Part shown: one piece after another, positions 18,743-27,488 of the stretch
How positions within the stretch are numbered: position 1 is the first letter of the stretch
How the letters are laid out: each line of letters begins with the position of its first letter
NCBI GenBank assembly: GCA_036172315.1
Contig: JASFBC010000093.1
Coordinates: 27,108-91,107, forward strand
DNA: 64,000 nt
Direction of reading: 5' to 3'
Origin: Anaerolineae bacterium
Lineage (GTDB): Bacteria; Chloroflexota; Anaerolineae; B4-G1; DUEL01
Program-made: the position numbers and the translations under genes
Notes under the pieces: generated by a model
The model's input: the letters and a program-made list of their open reading frames with translations, nothing else
Told to the model about the DNA's origin: nothing
Database searches by the model: none

Positions 18743-20698
18743 ATGAGTTTCGCCAAAGCGGGAGTGACTCTCGGGGAAGGCCCCGTTCGTCCGCCAGACC
18801 TGGAAACCCTTCAGCAGGCCGCTGTAGAAGCGGTGCGGCTGCGGGCCGGAGCGAACTCGGTAGGCGACCTGGATGCTCTACGGGGGCTGGGTATTCAGCG
18901 CTTCCTGGTTCAATTGCTGAGCCCCCAGCCTGACGCAGAGCCGACTCCGCCGGAAGTGTTTGTAGAGGAATTCGCCCCTCTGGTGGCCGCGTTCCTCCGG
19001 GCCGGCGTCACCGATTTTGAAATCCACGGGGAGCCCAACACCGCCGTGCGCGGCTACGGCGTCTCCTGGGATTCCCCCGCCGCCTTCTCTGCATGGTTTG
19101 TCGCCGTGGCCGACGGCCTGCGCCGTTGCTTCGGCCCGCCCCTCCGGGTAGGCTTCCCCGGCCTGGCTCCCGCCGGCCCCGCCCTGCCTGGACTGACCCC
19201 TCTCGTCCCTGATGAGACGTTCCTGAGCGAGTGCCGGGAAGCGCTGACCGCCGCCGACTTCGTCTGCTGCCATGTCTACTGGACAACGCGAGCCGAAATG
19301 GAGAACTACAACGGCGCCTTGCGCTTCCTGCGCCTCTATATGGAAAGGCCGGAGGTCCGTCCCAGGCCGGTCGTCATTTCCCAATTTGCCAATGTCAACC
19401 CGGCCCTATCGGACGCGGAGAAGGGCGCCCAATACGCCGACTTCTTTTTTTTCTGTACGCAGTATGACCGGATAGAGGCGGCATACGGTTTCCTCCTCCG
19501 CCCTTCCGACCCCTCCTGGACCGGGCTGGCCTGGCTTCGTCCCGACGGCACTCCGACGGCCATTCCGGGCGCGGTGGGCAGTCGGAAACGCATGCCCCAT
19601 CCGGCCGCACTGCGGCTGATCTGGCCGACGGTTACCCGGGCCTACACTCAGGCCTACGGCGACCGTCAGCAGACCTACTACGAGGCCTCCTGGGACCCCG
19701 TCAACCAGACCTACTGGCTGCACGGGGGGCACGAGGGGGTGGATTTGCAGGCGGCGGAGGGCTCTCCCATTCTGGCCTGCCTGCGGGGGCAGGCCTTTCA
19801 TGGGCCGCCGGGCACCGCCTACGGGAAGTACATCCGGATCATCAGCAACGTGCCCGGAGTGGGCCAGGTCACCCTCCTCTACGGCCACCTGCGGGAGATT
19901 CTGGTGCCGGACGGCAGCACGGTCTCAGCGGGAGAAGTGATCGGTCTGGCGGGGCGGACCGGTCAGGCGACCGGCCCCCATCTCCATCTGGGGATGAGGA
20001 TTGGGGGGCTGGAACTGCGGCCCACCAGCCATTACCTGAATCCCCGGCGCTATCTGGAGCCGGTGCGGGGCACCCCCCGGGTGCCGTACGAGCGTACCTA
20101 TGTCCTGCTACCCCCGCAGGCCGACCAGGCCTGGGCTGAGGCGGTGGTGATGGCCACATGGGACACCCGCCGTTTCACCGTGGGCGGCAGCGCCGACGAT
20201 GCCGGTATCGGCGACTTGCCGGTCCGGCGGGTGATCGCCGTCAATCCGGAGGGCTGGCCTGGCGACCTGGCGGCCTTCTTCGCGAAGCACTACCCGGGAG
20301 TGGCTCTGGTGCCGGTCAGCGCAGAGAGTCCGGAGGAACTGGCGGAGATTCTGCGGACCTTGCCGCCCTCACCCGACGGGCCGGGAGGGCCGCCCTCATC
20401 CGGTGGGTTGCCCCGGGTCCAGTACGGCCGAACCTACGTCCTCCTGCCGCCGCAGGCCGGCCGGGCCTGGGCCGAGGCGGTGGTGGCGGCAACATGGGAC
20501 CGCCATCGCTACACCCTCGGCGGCAGCGCTGACGACGCCGGCATTGGCGACCTGGATTTCCGACGGGTGTTCGCGGTCAACCCGGCAGGTTGGGGCGGAG
20601 ACCTGCGGGCTTTCTTTGAACGGTACTATCCGGGGGTCATCTACATCCCTGTGGAGGCGGAGACGCCGGAGGAATTGAGGGAGTGGCTGAAAGAGTAG
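18743..20698 (+). CDS. Multidomain M23 (LytM-type) peptidase: TIM-barrel glycoside-hydrolase-like N-domain plus two tandem ~95-aa C-terminal repeats
   Basis: M23 motifs HGGHEGVDL and GPHLHLG. N-domain carries FEIHGEPN (clan GH-A-like NEP motif). The C-terminus has two ~75%-identical repeats beginning at about 20072 and 20408. Confidence 0.85.
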   Translation: MSFAKAGVTLGEGPVRPPDLETLQQAAVEAVRLRAGANSVGDLDALRGLGIQRFLVQLLSPQPDAEPTPPEVFVEEFAPLVAAFLRAGVTDFEIHGEPNTAVRGYGVSWDSPAAFSAWFVAVADGLRRCFGPPLRVGFPGLAPAGPALPGLTPLVPDETFLSECREALTAADFVCCHVYWTTRAEMENYNGALRFLRLYMERPEVRPRPVVISQFANVNPALSDAEKGAQYADFFFFCTQYDRIEAAYGFLLRPSDPSWTGLAWLRPDGTPTAIPGAVGSRKRMPHPAALRLIWPTVTRAYTQAYGDRQQTYYEASWDPVNQTYWLHGGHEGVDLQAAEGSPILACLRGQAFHGPPGTAYGKYIRIISNVPGVGQVTLLYGHLREILVPDGSTVSAGEVIGLAGRTGQATGPHLHLGMRIGGLELRPTSHYLNPRRYLEPVRGTPRVPYERTYVLLPPQADQAWAEAVVMATWDTRRFTVGGSADDAGIGDLPVRRVIAVNPEGWPGDLAAFFAKHYPGVALVPVSAESPEELAEILRTLPPSPDGPGGPPSSGGLPRVQYGRTYVLLPPQAGRAWAEAVVAATWDRHRYTLGGSADDAGIGDLDFRRVFAVNPAGWGGDLRAFFERYYPGVIYIPVEAETPEELREWLKE

Positions 20699-20741
20699 AA
20701 AGTACGGGCAGCAAAGTCCCGCCCTTTCCTCTAATATACCG

Positions 20742-20771
20742 AAAGGCCGCCCCTGTGGGGGGCGGCCTTTT
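20742..20771. terminator. Bidirectional hairpin terminator between convergent genes
   Basis: AAAGGCCGCCCC-TGTG-GGGGCGGCCTTTT, flanked by A and T tracts. Confidence 0.75.
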
Positions 20772-20789
20772 GGCCGGAGGGCGTTTGAA

Positions 20790-21056
20790 CTACACCTGAT
20801 CTTTCCCTGGACCGACCTTGTAGTAATCGGCGTTTTTCTGGATGTCGGCCTTGTAGGCGTCTGGCACCTCATCCTCGTGGAAGATGGCCTCGTTGGGGCA
20901 CTCCGCGGCGCAGGCCCCGCACTCAATGCAGGTGTCGGGGTCGATATAGTAAGTGGGCCAGTTGGGGTCTCCATCCACAAAGTGAATAGAGTCGGTCGGG
21001 CAGACATCCACGCAGGCTCCGGCCCGCTTGCACAGGCTGGTGATGACGTATGCCAT
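20790..21056 (-). CDS. fdxA: 7Fe ferredoxin ([3Fe-4S][4Fe-4S])
   Basis: CKRAGACVDVCP and CIECGACAAECP cluster motifs; 88 aa. Confidence 0.9.
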   Translation of the reverse strand: MAYVITSLCKRAGACVDVCPTDSIHFVDGDPNWPTYYIDPDTCIECGACAAECPNEAIFHEDEVPDAYKADIQKNADYYKVGPGKDQV

Positions 21057-21129
21057 TTTGAACCTCCGTAATAAAAGGTATGTTGGGGTGGAAACGGTCC
21101 CATTGACGGGAGGGTCGCCGGACGGCGCT

Positions 21130-21157
21130 ATTATACCATTATGCCGGAGATTTGCAA
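21130..21157 (-). promoter_or_regulatory. Near-consensus promoter for the ferredoxin gene
   Basis: On the minus strand: TTGCAA-N16-TATAAT, about 65 nt upstream of the start. Confidence 0.55.
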
Positions 21158-21158
21158 T

Positions 21159-21920
21159 TTAGTTCTGGCGTGGGCCGATAGGACGGCGGTGGGCCCAGCG
21201 TTCGCCTCCATCCACGAAGAGGACTTCTCCCGTGATGGAATCGGCGTGAAGGAGGAAGAGGACGGCCTCCGTCACATCCTGGGGGTCTCCCCAGCGCCCC
21301 AGCAGGGTCCCCTGGGCGATCCGCGCCCGGTCTTCCTCCGGATAGTCCGGTGGGGGTAGAACAGGCCCGGGCACCACTCCGTTTACCCGCACGTGGGGTG
21401 CCAGTTCCACCGCCAGGTTGCGGGCCAGTGCCCAGAGCGCGCTTTTCCCCACGCTGTGGGCCAGGAAGTCCGGCCACGGGTCAAAGGTCCCCCGGTCCAG
21501 GATGACCACGATGCTCCCCTCTCCCCGTGCGACCATCCCCGGCGTCAGTTCGCGGGCCAGGATGAAGAACCCGTCCACCAGCACTCCCAGGACCTGGCGC
21601 CAGACCTGGAGCGTCGTCCCGGAGAGAGAGGCCCGCACGAAAGGGGAGGCGCCGTGGATAATGACGTCCACGCGGCCGAAGTGGGCCTCAGCCGCGCGGG
21701 CCAGCGAGAGGACTTCCTCTGGGTTGGTCAGGTCGGCCCGGAGAGCGACCGCCTCCACGCCCCGCCGGCGGGCCTGGGAGATGGTCTCCTGGGCGGCTTC
21801 GGCGGAGCGGTGATAGTGGACAACCAGATGGGCGCCGGCGGAGGCCAATCCCAGGGCGATAGCGCGCCCCACTCGCACGGCTCCCCCGGTGACCAGAGCG
21901 ACTTTACCGGAGAGGTTCAT
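21159..21920 (-). CDS. SDR-family oxidoreductase
   Basis: Motifs TGGAVRVGRAIA and YxxxK context. The start was trimmed to MNLSGKV (ATG 21920) because the longer ORF runs antisense into the tRNA-Pro gene. Confidence 0.85.
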   Translation of the reverse strand: MNLSGKVALVTGGAVRVGRAIALGLASAGAHLVVHYHRSAEAAQETISQARRRGVEAVALRADLTNPEEVLSLARAAEAHFGRVDVIIHGASPFVRASLSGTTLQVWRQVLGVLVDGFFILARELTPGMVARGEGSIVVILDRGTFDPWPDFLAHSVGKSALWALARNLAVELAPHVRVNGVVPGPVLPPPDYPEEDRARIAQGTLLGRWGDPQDVTEAVLFLLHADSITGEVLFVDGGERWAHRRPIGPRQN

Positions 21921-21980
21921 TCGCGATGCCTCCAATGCCGTACTTGCCAAAATCCGCAGGCCTGCTATAATATAAACGAA

Positions 21981-22055
21981 CGGGGCGTGGCGCAGTTTGG
22001 CTAGCGCGCTACAATGGGGTTGTAGAGGCCGACGGTTCAAATCCGTCCGCCCCGA
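21981..22055 (+). tRNA. tRNA-Pro (anticodon GGG)
   Basis: Manual cloverleaf: acceptor CGGGGCG/CGCCCCG, D-arm GCGC, anticodon loop ATGGGGT, T-loop TTCAAAT. Preceded by TTGCCA-N16-TATAAT at 21944-21971. Confidence 0.85.
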
Positions 22056-22062
22056 CAAGGGG

Positions 22063-22102
22063 ACGTGCCAGGCACTGGGAGAGTGCCTGGCACGTTTGCT
22101 TT
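22063..22102 (+). terminator. Rho-independent terminator after tRNA-Pro
   Basis: ACGTGCCAGGCACT-GGGAG-AGTGCCTGGCACGT followed by TTGCTTT. Confidence 0.8.
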
Positions 22103-22721
22103 ACAGCAGTTGCTGGAGGCGCTCCTGAGAGACCCTCCGCACCTCCTCGTGGATGGAGCGGCCGTGGCTATCCATCGTCACCACCAGGGGGAGGTTCTCC
22201 ACCCGGATGACCCAGAAAGCCTCCGGCACCCCGAACTCCTCTTTTTTGTAGACGGCCAGGACCTCCTGGACGGTATCGGCGATGAGGGTGGCCGCGCCCC
22301 CCACGGCGTGGAGGTAGACCGCGCCATGTTCCTGGCAGGCCTGCAGGGTCCGGGGACCCATTCCTCCTTTGCCGATGACTCCCCGCAGGCCGAAGTGGGC
22401 GATGACGTCGGCCTGATAGGGCTCCTCCCGGATGGAAGTGGTGGGTCCGGCGGCGACGAACTCCCAGCGGCCGTCTTCTCGCTGGCGGACCACCGGCCCG
22501 CAGTGGTAGATGGCGCTGCCCGCCAGCCATCGGCGCAATTCCTCATAGAGGGCCCGCTCGCTCTCCGGCACAGCGGCGGAGCGGATGAACGTCTCCACCA
22601 TGTACTTGTGGGCCGCGTCCCGCCCGGTGACGATGACACCAGAGAGGTAAACTGTATCCCCCACATGAAGGGAACGGACGGCTCCTTCGGAGATGGGAAT
22701 GGTCAGATGAACGGTTGCCAT
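22101..22721 (-). CDS. Class I fumarate hydratase / L(+)-tartrate dehydratase beta subunit (Fe-S hydro-lyase C-terminal domain)
   Basis: 206 aa, MATVHLTIPISEGAVRSLHVGDTVYLSG...; RBS GGGAGGAAAAGG upstream. The longer ORF-track extension is discarded. Confidence 0.85.
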   Translation of the reverse strand: MATVHLTIPISEGAVRSLHVGDTVYLSGVIVTGRDAAHKYMVETFIRSAAVPESERALYEELRRWLAGSAIYHCGPVVRQREDGRWEFVAAGPTTSIREEPYQADVIAHFGLRGVIGKGGMGPRTLQACQEHGAVYLHAVGGAATLIADTVQEVLAVYKKEEFGVPEAFWVIRVENLPLVVTMDSHGRSIHEEVRRVSQERLQQLL

Positions 22722-22744
22722 ATCCTTTTCCTCCCTGACCGGGA

Positions 22745-23611
22745 TCAGGAGTACGTCATCGTCCCGTTCTTGACTTCCATTCGCGCCCGGCGGCATGCCC
22801 AGCACATGTAGGCGACGGTGACGAAGTAGCAAGCGGGCAGCCGATGGGCCGCGCCGATTTTGACGCCGAAGATGGTGGTCTTCCCGCCGAAGCCCATGGG
22901 GCCTACCCCCAGTTCGTTGCATTCTCGCAGCAGTCGCTCCTCCAGCGCGGCCAGTTCCGGCACCGGGTTGACATCATCCAGCGGACGGAGGAGTTGCATC
23001 TTAGCGTAGGAGTAGGCTGTTCCCCGGTCGCCTCCGATACAGATGCCCAGGATGCCCGGAGCGCACCCCTCGCCCTGGGCCCGGTGGACTGCGTCCAGCA
23101 CGACTCGCCGGACCCCCTCCAGGTCGCGGCCGGCCTTCAACGGCTCGGAGGGGAGGCTATACTGGATGCTGACGTTCTCGCTGCCCCCTCCTTTGAGGAG
23201 CAGGGCGACCTCCAGTCCATCGCTGTCCACCTCTTCCATATGGAAGACCGGGAAGCCGATGCCCAGGTTGTTGCCGCTATTCCGCCCGGTGACGGAATCC
23301 ACGGCGTTGGGGCGCAGGTAGGCGCGGCGGGTAGCCTCCGCCACTGCCGCTTCGGCCTGGGCGCGCAGTTTCCCGGCGCTCATCCCGGCCGGGTAACGGA
23401 TATGGAAGATGGGGGTGCCCGTATCCTGGCAGATGGGCTGGGAACGGGCGCGCGCCAGGGCGACGTTCTCCAGGATGGCCGTCAGCGCGCTGGCGGCGGC
23501 GGAACCCGCTTCCTCCCGATCGCGGGCGGCCTGCAGAGCGGCCTCTACGTCGGCGGGGAGGTCGGTAGAGGCCCTTCGGATCAGTTCTACCAGAGGTTCG
23601 GTCAGGTCCAT
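22745..23611 (-). CDS. Class I fumarate hydratase / tartrate dehydratase alpha subunit
   Basis: CQDTGTP [4Fe-4S]-ligand motif; 288 aa. Confidence 0.85.
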   Translation of the reverse strand: MDLTEPLVELIRRASTDLPADVEAALQAARDREEAGSAAASALTAILENVALARARSQPICQDTGTPIFHIRYPAGMSAGKLRAQAEAAVAEATRRAYLRPNAVDSVTGRNSGNNLGIGFPVFHMEEVDSDGLEVALLLKGGGSENVSIQYSLPSEPLKAGRDLEGVRRVVLDAVHRAQGEGCAPGILGICIGGDRGTAYSYAKMQLLRPLDDVNPVPELAALEERLLRECNELGVGPMGFGGKTTIFGVKIGAAHRLPACYFVTVAYMCWACRRARMEVKNGTMTYS

Positions 23612-23690
23612 ACCATTTCCTCCTGAGCAACGCCCCTTTGCCGCGCTTCGTGACCGACGCGCGTGCTTTTCGGCGGCGGGAAAGGCTTCC

Positions 23691-23936
23691 TCAGTGGAGG
23701 GTGATCAGCCAGCGATCGTACGCGGAAAGGTCAGGCTGCATCAGCCCTTTCTCTACCAGGATTCTCTCCATCAACGCGATGCGCTGCCGGTACCGGCGCA
23801 CTTCGGCATCCAGCGCCTGGACACGCTCCTCCAGATCTCGCATCCGGGCTTCCATCTCCCGGATACGCCGTTCCTGCTCCTGGAGTCTCCGCTCAACGGA
23901 CTCAATCCACTCCTCTATAGAAAATTGCTCCATCAT
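23691..23936 (-). CDS. Small coiled-coil protein of unknown function
   Basis: 82 aa, MMEQFSIEEWIESVERRLQEQERRIREMEARMRDLEERVQALDAE...; strong RBS GGGAGGTAAGG. Confidence 0.55.
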   Translation of the reverse strand: MMEQFSIEEWIESVERRLQEQERRIREMEARMRDLEERVQALDAEVRRYRQRIALMERILVEKGLMQPDLSAYDRWLITLH

Positions 23937-24049
23937 CCTTACCTCCCTTCCTGGGATACTTGCTGCTGCAACTGCCGTCGGTTTAGAATATCGGAACTGC
24001 ATGCTGTGGCACTCCGGCATTCCGCTCGTCGCAAGAGCCAAGGGCGTTA

Positions 24050-25006
24050 CTATCGTGGCTTTGGGATGGCCAGATCCGCCGGGCCCTGATCGGAGAGTTT
24101 CAGGTGGGGGTAGGTGGCCTGGATGAGTTCGTGGATAATCTGGGCGTACTTCACCTTTTCGCGGGCCTGCCAGGCCAGGAAGTCCGGGCTGGTCCAGGGA
24201 CGATAGATGGCCCCCGCTCCCGCCGCCAGCGCCGGTCCGGGCTCAATCTTGAAGTAGCAGGGCGCGCAGACCCGCGCCATCTCCGCCCCCTCGTAGAAGC
24301 GGTTGAAGCCGCCGAAGGAGTCGGAGAGGTAGATGTGCAGGTCCATCGGGATGTCTATAGCCTGGCGGATGGAGGCCAGTTGGGGAAGGGAGAGATCGCC
24401 CAGGGGGTTGAAGGTGGAAGCGCCCAGCATCTGGAGCACCTTCCCGCCGGCGGCCGACGCGTGACCGGCGAAGATACTGACCTTGAAGACCACATCCTCG
24501 GGGATGTCGCCGGTCTTTTTTAACTGGTTGACCACCCAGAGAAGCCCCTCGTCAATGCAGAGAAAGCCCCGAAAGCCGATGTCAATGCATCGCAGCATCT
24601 CGGCGATGACGTAGGAGAGTTGATCGGAGCCCCGGTAGCGGAGGCCGGAGAGGGCGCCCTCGGGGGTCGCCAGTTGCCGCCCCACGTCCCAGCCGGAGCG
24701 GGGGCCGGGGGTGATGATGACCTCCAGTTTCGCCTCCGCCGCCATCTGGGCGAAATCCCGCAGTTCGGCATCGTCCAGCAACGTGGAGCCCATCACAGTG
24801 GAGATGAGCCGATGGATGGGGACGTTGCGCTTGCGCATCTCGTCAATGAGCGCTTCCAACACCTGAGGCCGCTCCACGCCGGAGATTTCCATCCGGTAGT
24901 GGGCGCCGTCGGGGAAGCGCTTGGGGCTATCGGGCAGGTCGTAGGCATCCCGCCCCGGGATACCCACTTTCTCCAGCATCTTCCGAACGTCGTTCCAGTT
25001 GCGCAT
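24050..25006 (-). CDS. Conserved hypothetical protein (318 aa)
   Basis: Long clean ORF with coding-like composition; no family confidently recognised by eye. Confidence 0.6.
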   Translation of the reverse strand: MRNWNDVRKMLEKVGIPGRDAYDLPDSPKRFPDGAHYRMEISGVERPQVLEALIDEMRKRNVPIHRLISTVMGSTLLDDAELRDFAQMAAEAKLEVIITPGPRSGWDVGRQLATPEGALSGLRYRGSDQLSYVIAEMLRCIDIGFRGFLCIDEGLLWVVNQLKKTGDIPEDVVFKVSIFAGHASAAGGKVLQMLGASTFNPLGDLSLPQLASIRQAIDIPMDLHIYLSDSFGGFNRFYEGAEMARVCAPCYFKIEPGPALAAGAGAIYRPWTSPDFLAWQAREKVKYAQIIHELIQATYPHLKLSDQGPADLAIPKPR

Positions 25007-25033
25007 AGTTCCTCCTCGAAGTTGAACTGGGGG

Positions 25034-25762
25034 TTACCACATGGGAGAAAATGAGGACCAGAGGTTGGGGCCTCCGGCCTGCATATCCGTCCAGGGGTAC
25101 GGAGGGCCATCCAGGCGCCCGTTCACTGTCACCGCCATCTCGTTCAGTTGCATCCAGGCCGGCAGGAACAGGCTGAACGGATAATAGTGGGTTCGTCCGT
25201 CGTAGGCGTCTATCAGGTAGAGGCCATTGGTGTCGTATCCGACGGCGATGAACGTATGTTCCCACTGGACGACGATGGAGACGGTGCCATCGGCGGCGGT
25301 CCAGGAAGCGATTTCCGGCTGGAGCATCCGGTAAGTGGCCCAGATGACCACGGGACGTCCGGCGGCCAGTTCTTCTTTCAGGGGCTCCAGCCCGAACCAT
25401 CGGTGAGCGTGGGCATCCAGCCCGTACCGGCGCAGGGCGGTGGCGACAGGGCCGGCGTAGACGCCGTAGCCGCCCGGGGGCAGGCTCCCCGGCGGGTCGT
25501 CCACGTCACCGACGAAGCCGGAGTGGGGGTTATCGGAGCGGGGCAGGGTGTGGAAGAAATCCTCCTCGCTGACGGTGACGCCCCAGAAAGCGGCCAGGTC
25601 CACGGCCGAACGGGCCTCGCAACTGAGCGGGCGCTCCTGCCGATGTCCCACTACCCCGGGGACGTAGGCGGATTCGGGGGGGCCAGGAGCCGCGTGGACA
25701 GTCACCGGCAGGAAAAAGAAGAGGGCCAGGACCCGGTTGATGAATCGGTTCATTCCCGTCAT
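25034..25762 (-). CDS. Secreted C39-like (papain-fold) cysteine peptidase
   Basis: Signal peptide MNRFINRVLALFFFLPVTVHA and catalytic-Cys context LSCEARS. The start could be TTG 25774, ATG 25762 or ATG 25753. Confidence 0.65.
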   Translation of the reverse strand: MTGMNRFINRVLALFFFLPVTVHAAPGPPESAYVPGVVGHRQERPLSCEARSAVDLAAFWGVTVSEEDFFHTLPRSDNPHSGFVGDVDDPPGSLPPGGYGVYAGPVATALRRYGLDAHAHRWFGLEPLKEELAAGRPVVIWATYRMLQPEIASWTAADGTVSIVVQWEHTFIAVGYDTNGLYLIDAYDGRTHYYPFSLFLPAWMQLNEMAVTVNGRLDGPPYPWTDMQAGGPNLWSSFSPMW

Positions 25763-25770
25763 TCGGGGGC

Positions 25771-26523
25771 TCAACCTCCTTTCAGGCGGGCCAGTTCGGC
25801 CCGCAACCGCTCCAGTTCCTCCTCCGCCCGGCGGCGGGCCTCCGCCTCCTCCGCCGCCCGCCGCTCCGCCTGACGGCGGGCCCTTTCCGCCTGACGGCGG
25901 GCTTCCTGAGCCTCCAGTGGCGTCAGCAATCGCTCCCCTGTGCGGGGGTCCACCAGCCGCAGGAAACTCCCCTCCACCCGCAACTCCAGCCCCAGCACCT
26001 GGCTCACCAGTGGCTCCTCTTTCACCTGCCGGTACCCCTCCGGCGTCAGCCGGAAGGCTATCAGGGGCGGGCGAAGGTACTCGCCCAGGGGGTCAAAGAG
26101 GAAATACTCCTGCACCCCCAGCAACTCGTAGATGCCTTTCTTCGCCCCCAGGTCCTCGTAGCGGGTCTTTTTGGAGGTCAGTTCAAAGGCCACATCGGGG
26201 CCCCTCCCCTCCTTCCACACCTGGTAGATGCGGCGCTCGCCCTTCGGGACCCCTTTCACGACGAAGACGTCGGGGCACACGACCTGAGAGGGGTCGCCCT
26301 CCACGAAGTAGACGAAGAGGTTGCTCGCCACATAGACGTTGGGGTCGTTCCGGAAGTAGTCCGCCAGGGCCTCCCGGAGGTAGATAAGTTGGCTGATGTG
26401 TGCGTCCGTCTCGCCCATCGGCTTCCCATCCGACTCGGGGTACTCAACGGGGGTGGGGGGGAGATAGACGACCTCCACCCGGGGGATAACTTCAACTTTT
26501 TCCTGAACCGCTACTTCTGCCAT
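25771..26523 (-). CDS. Uma2-family (DUF820) endonuclease with coiled-coil tail
   Basis: PDVAFELTSKKTRYEDLGAKKGIYELLGVQEYFLFDP matches the Uma2 core; C-terminal ARRQAERARRQAERR coiled coil. Confidence 0.8.
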   Translation of the reverse strand: MAEVAVQEKVEVIPRVEVVYLPPTPVEYPESDGKPMGETDAHISQLIYLREALADYFRNDPNVYVASNLFVYFVEGDPSQVVCPDVFVVKGVPKGERRIYQVWKEGRGPDVAFELTSKKTRYEDLGAKKGIYELLGVQEYFLFDPLGEYLRPPLIAFRLTPEGYRQVKEEPLVSQVLGLELRVEGSFLRLVDPRTGERLLTPLEAQEARRQAERARRQAERRAAEEAEARRRAEEELERLRAELARLKGG

Positions 26524-26563
26524 TGCTTGCTCTCCAGAATCTGGCCGGGCGTCCGGCGGCCAG
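26502..26563. repeat. 63-bp direct repeat, copy 1 (Uma2 5' end plus upstream)
   Basis: About 95% identical to 27425-27488. Confidence 0.85.
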
Positions 26564-26603
26564 ACGACGTCGCCTTTCCTGGTGATCGGCCCACCACCGG
26601 CCC

Positions 26604-27410
26604 TCACGCCTTCGGGCCTGCCTCCTCAGCCACGGCTTGCTCCAGTTGCCGCATAATCGCCCGGGCTTCCTTCACTGCCTCCGGCGCCGCCTCGTACACC
26701 GCCATCCCGCGCAGGTCGGCCTCAATGATGGCCGGATTAGCGGAGAGATACCCCAACACCGGCAAGGGACTCTGCCCGGCGATGAAAGCCCGGTCGGCGT
26801 CGGTGCGGACCTTGTTGCCCACGACAAACAGTCGCTTCAGCCCGATGTCGCCGGCCAGTTCCCGAATCCGCTCGGCGACCTCCAGGCTTCGCCTCCCCGG
26901 CTCCACCACCACCAGCATTGCGTCCACGGCCTGGGCGGTGGCCCGCCCCAGGTGCTCCACGCCGGCCTCCATGTCCATTATCAGCATCTCGCCCCGGTAG
27001 AGCAACAGGTGGGTAACCAGCGCTCTCAGCAGGGCGTTCTCCGGGCAGAGACAGCCGGAACCACCCTTCTCCAATGTGCCCAGTTTCAGCAGCCGCACGC
27101 CGTTGTGGAGGATGCTGAAGCGGTCGGGGATGTCGTCCACGCGGGGGTTCAGGCTGAAAAATCCGCCGAAGGAGCCGGGCTTGGCTCCGGTTCGCTCGTA
27201 GATGAGGTCCTCCATTTCGGAGATAGGGGTGAGGTTCTGCGCCAATTCGGGCGGGAAGCCGAGGGCTCCGGCCAGCCCGCCGGCCGGGTCGGCGTCAATA
27301 GCGATGACGTTGCGCCCCTCCTGGGCGTAGATATGGGCCAGCAGGGCGGCCAGCGTGGTTTTGCCGACACCGCCCTTGCCGGTGATAGCGATTTTCTGCA
27401 GCGAGGTCAT
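26604..27410 (-). CDS. CooC/AcsF-type P-loop ATPase (Ni-insertion accessory family, MinD/Mrp-like)
   Basis: Deviant Walker A GKGGVGKTT and the CxC motif GCLCPE. Confidence 0.8.
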   Translation of the reverse strand: MTSLQKIAITGKGGVGKTTLAALLAHIYAQEGRNVIAIDADPAGGLAGALGFPPELAQNLTPISEMEDLIYERTGAKPGSFGGFFSLNPRVDDIPDRFSILHNGVRLLKLGTLEKGGSGCLCPENALLRALVTHLLLYRGEMLIMDMEAGVEHLGRATAQAVDAMLVVVEPGRRSLEVAERIRELAGDIGLKRLFVVGNKVRTDADRAFIAGQSPLPVLGYLSANPAIIEADLRGMAVYEAAPEAVKEARAIMRQLEQAVAEEAGPKA

Positions 27411-27424
27411 AGGCTCCTTTTTCC

Positions 27425-27488
27425 CCTGAACCGCTACTTCTGCCATGGCTTGCTCTTCCAGAATCTGGCCGGGCGTCCGGCGGCCCAG
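27425..27488. repeat. 63-bp direct repeat, copy 2
   Basis: CCTGAACCGCTACTTCTGCCATGGCTTGCTCTTCCAGAATCTGGCCGGGCGTCCGGCGGCC. Confidence 0.85.

Noticed and set aside
19406-19888. Short ORFs inside and antisense to the M23 hydrolase gene
   Set aside because: They are fully contained in a well-supported gene on the other strand and carry no motifs.
21981-22058. Minus-strand ORF 21159-22058 extending through the tRNA-Pro gene
   Set aside because: The real SDR starts at MNLSGKV (21920). The extension is antisense to the tRNA and its promoter.
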